Shown: positions 60,591 to 64,000 of the stretch, piece by piece
Layout of the letters: each line of letters begins with the position of its first letter
Numbering within the stretch: position 1 is the stretch's first letter
NCBI GenBank assembly: GCA_038087875.1
Contig: CM075990.1
Coordinates: 8,124,001-8,188,000, forward strand
DNA: 64,000 nt
Source of the DNA: Malacoraja senta
Taxonomy: Eukaryota
Direction: 5' to 3'
Notes under the pieces: generated by a model
Database searches by the model: none
Told to the model about the DNA's origin: nothing
What the model saw: the letters and a program-made list of their open reading frames with translations, nothing else
Position numbers and translations under genes: made by a program

Positions 60591-61248
60591 TCGGGTCACC
60601 TTCACCCTTGTTTGTTCAACTCTGTTAAAAATGTTCTTCCAAATGTTCATGCCATTTCACTCTGCTCTTTAGGATCATACTAGAGGTTATAAGGTCATAA
60701 GTGATGGGAGAAGAATTAGGCCATTCGGCACATCAAGTCTACTCCGCCATTCAATCATGGCTGATCTATCTCTCCCTCCTAACCCCATTCTCTCCATAAC
60801 CTCTGACACCCCATACTAATCAAGAAATCAGAACTATAATAGGAGATTATCGGAGAGATAATCAGAGAGTCTTTACAAGACCCAGACAGATGCCTGTCTT
60901 GTGGGTTCTGCTGTATACATCTCCATGGAGGTGGCTAGTCAGAATGAGATGATGGTTGGGTTTGCTGCATTGACTGGATTCCTGTGTGTTTGGGGAATGA
61001 TCAAGCACATTTGTGGCTCTCAAGGAACCCCCAGAGAAGGCAGGAGTACTTTGTGGTCAGACAGGATCCCAACGTATTAACACAGTCATCCCTCAGAGAG
61101 AGATGTGCGAGATACTAAAGCAGCTGCCATGGTTGTTGACACAAGGAACGGCAGAGGCTGGTTTAGAGCTGGAGTTATTCAGTAGGTCAGGCAGCATCTC
61201 CGGAGAACATGGATGGGTGATGTTTTGGGTCAGGATGACTAAACCAGT

Positions 61249-61625
61249 AGATAGACATAAAATGCTGGAGTTACTCAACGGGACAGGCAGCATCTCTGGA
61301 GAGAAGGAATGGGTGATGTTTCGGGTCGAGACCCCTCTTCAGACTGGTGGCTGTTTAAGGCAGGGATTAGACACATGTTTTTTTTCTCTCATGAGGATTA
61401 TGAGTTTCTGCAAAGGGCTGAGGAAATGGAGTTTTAATATTGTCAAGGCAAAGATAGATATATACCTATTCGACAAACATTGCTGGGAGTGAGGGAATGC
61501 TTAGTTGAGGTCCTAACTATATCAACCATGATCATATTATGGGGCAGAGCAGGCTTGAGGGGCCGAGCGGCCTACTCGTGCTAGTAATTCAATGTTCATA
61601 ACCAGGGGACCTATTTACTTCTGTT
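61249..61625. repeat. Duplicated composite (PLE arm plus old CR1 3' end), copy 1
   Basis: Same junction cttcagactgg..ctgtttaaggcagggat as at 63641-64000. Confidence 0.85.
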
Positions 61626-61857
61626 ATCTGTGATTATAATTCCTGTCATGGCCTCTTCAAACCTTCAAAGGAACGGCTCCCAGCAGGACAGCGCTAAGGA
61701 TGGCTCACAATGCATGTCTAATAGCACAAGGGCTTCTACAGCTGCCACAGTATGTGAATGGAACAAAGGTGTGCAGCGTTATTTATTTAAACGTGCGTTT
61801 TCAACATTAGTCGACTTGCCCAGATTTGGTTTAATTAGATTAACTATGAGAGGTTTA

Positions 61858-62064
61858 TGTGTAGGAAGGAACTGCAGATGCTGCTTTAAACCAAAGATAG
61901 ACACAATAAGCTGGTGTAGCTCAGCGGGTCAGACAGCATCTCTGGAGAAAAGGAATACTATAGGTGATGTTTTGGGAAGAAAGGTCTCGACACGAAACGT
62001 CACCTATTCCTTTTCTCCAGAGATGCAGTCTGACACGCTGAGTTACTCCAGCTTTTTGTGTCTA
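61858..62064. mobile_element. PLE-derived foldback element
   Basis: Long left arm and short right arm; central remnant ggtctcgacacgaaacgtc. Confidence 0.82.
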
Positions 62065-62661
62065 AATATGGGAAGTTCCTGCCTTCCCAGTTGCTCGGGT
62101 GTGGGTGGGAGGTTGGAGGGGTGGGGAGGTTGGGAGGGAGAGGTTGGGGGAGAGGCAGTGGGGGAGTAATTGAGGAAAGCCAAGGTGTGGTTGTGGAGAG
62201 GAGGGGTGGAGTTTGGGGGAGAGAGGGGATGGGAAGGTTTAGGGGGGAGAGGTGGGGGGGGGGGGGATGTTTGGGGAGGGGTGAGAGTTTTGCAGGTTAA
62301 ATAATAAATTTACTGAACCAGCTACCTGAAACCCTGCAGATCAAATAAAAAAAACCAACAGCAGCAGCTCATTTTGGGCATTATGCCTGTACACAAAATG
62401 CTCAGACTGAGAAACTGCATTCCCAGGTTGGGCTGCATCAACTGTTGCTGATATACCTTGTATCAGTGATTAATTATACAGACTGGATGTGGAATGAGAT
62501 AAGCAATGATTTTACTGTCACCCTCAGATGTCTAACATAGTCTTTAAGAGAAAATGCATACAACACCCTTGCTGCTAAAGTAGCATAACAATAACAAACA
62601 AAATGTCATAAATATCTGCTTACGTGGAGTGTAAAAGCTGAACTGAACTGCTCTGGTTGAA

Positions 62662-62805
62662 TGTGTAGGAAGGAACTGCAGGTGCTGGTTTGAACTGAAG
62701 ATAGACACAAAAAGCTGGAGTAACTCAACAGGACGGGCATGTCTCCGGGGAAAAGGAATAGGTGATGTTTCGGGCCGAGACACTTCTTCAGACTGGGAGT
62801 CAGGG
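62662..62805 (-). mobile_element. PLE pLTR fragment
   Basis: tgtgtaggaaggaactgcagg...gatgtttcgggccgagacacttcttcagact; tgaatgt repeated on both flanks. Confidence 0.78.
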
Positions 62806-63020
62806 GCCGTGAATGTTTTGTTTTCACATTTTAATTATCATTAGGTAGAAATTAATATTTGGTCAACAGCGCTAATCACACTATGTTGTGGCAACAGCCT
62901 TGGAAATTCAATACACTTGAAGTCAATCAAGTTTCTCGTTTACCTGTTTGAATTCATTTGTTCTAATTGTACTCAAATGGAAGGTATCACTTGAGGACTC
63001 TCTCTGACGGGAGACTTGGG

Positions 63021-63114
63021 CAGACACAAAATGCTGGAGTAACTCAGCGGTGAGGCGGCATCTCTGGAGAGAAGGAATGGGCGACGTTTCGGGTCGAGAC
63101 CCTTCGTCAGACTG
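63021..63114 (-). mobile_element. PLE pLTR fragment
   Basis: Single short arm; acttggg repeated on both flanks (about 63014-63020 and 63116-63122). Confidence 0.8.
63083..63110 (-). ncRNA. Minimal hammerhead ribozyme core
   Basis: Minus strand reads CUGACGA-A-GGGUC-UC-GACCC-GAAA-CG-UC. Confidence 0.65.
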
Positions 63115-63640
63115 AACTTGGGAGAATCGGGAGCAGGGTTATGTGCTTTGCAAAGAGCGCTATAGAAATCTGTGAATAAATGTTATGAGCCCACCATATC
63201 CTAGTTACCATAGTGACAGTTGCAGCCAAGTGGAGGTTGGGAATTCTGTTTATTTTTGGATTGAATGCATTTCCAGTTGTGGAAAATAGAAAAAACGATG
63301 TTTAAATCTTCAAGGCAGGGTCTTCCTTTGAAGTTCAATGTTTGAACCAGTGGAAGATTGAGGTTAATATGATGTTGGAATTTGATAGATTTTGTAACTG
63401 GGCACTCATTCGATAGAAGAGAGTATCACGAACTTTACCACAAAAAAAATATTATGGCTCAATTTAGGACTACTTGGTCTGATTCTGGTGTTTGAAAGGC
63501 TGTGCTGAAGTGTCTCGTTTGGACAGGAGGCTGCCTGCAAATGTTCATGCAAAAGTAACTCTTAAATTATTTATTCGCTGCTCCCAAAAAAGGTCGTAGG
63601 TGACAGTCATCTCCTTCAGCCTGCATGCAACAATTGGACA

Positions 63641-64000
63641 AGATAGATACAAAATGCTAGAGTAACCCAGCGGGACAGGCGGCATCACTGGAGAGAAGGA
63701 ATGGATGACGTTTCAGGTCGAGGCCATTTCTTCAGACTGGCGACTGTTTAAGGCAGGGATGAGACAAATGTTTTTTTTCTCTCATGGGGAAGTTTCTGCA
63801 AAGGGCTGAGGAAGCTGAGTTTTAATATCATCAAGGCAAAGGAGGATATATATATATTAGACTGGGAGTGAGGGAATACTTAATCGAGGTCCTAACTAAA
63901 TCAACCATGATCTTATTATGGGGCAGATCAGGCTTGAGGGGCCGAGTGGTTACAACTCCTAATTCAAATGTTCATAACCAGACTACCTATTTATTTCTAT
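63641..64000. repeat. Duplicated composite, copy 2 (runs off the window end)
   Basis: Colinear, diverged match to 61249-61625. Confidence 0.85.

Noticed and set aside
61013..62169. ORFs of 159 and 179 aa
   Set aside because: They read through PLE arms, CR1 remnants and G-rich low-complexity sequence, with no domain signal.

Overview
Eukaryotic, repeat-dense non-coding DNA (intergenic or a large intron). It is most likely from an elasmobranch (skate/ray-like), inferred from the HE1-type V-SINEs and HER1/CR1-type LINEs. No host protein-coding exon could be supported. The only intact gene is a full-length Tc1/mariner (DD34E, Passport-like) transposase in an element with 213-bp TIRs and a TA duplication (1791-3407). 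The rest is nested mobile DNA: CR1, L2, Rex1/Babar and Vingi-like LINE 3' ends, tRNA-derived SINEs, three related TA-flanked MITEs, micro/minisatellites and several local duplications. The most striking signal is roughly 40 short foldback elements or fragments that look like MITEs. Read as RNA, they carry a minimal hammerhead ribozyme core (CUGAnGA-a-GGGUCucGACCC-GAAA-cg-UC), often on both strands. Two copies are still attached to the C-terminus of a Penelope-type GIY-YIG endonuclease. I interpret them as non-autonomous, ribozyme-bearing Penelope-like retroelements with asymmetric inverted pLTRs and variable-length target duplications. Boundaries of old fragments are approximate, and family names come from motif recognition, not database searches.
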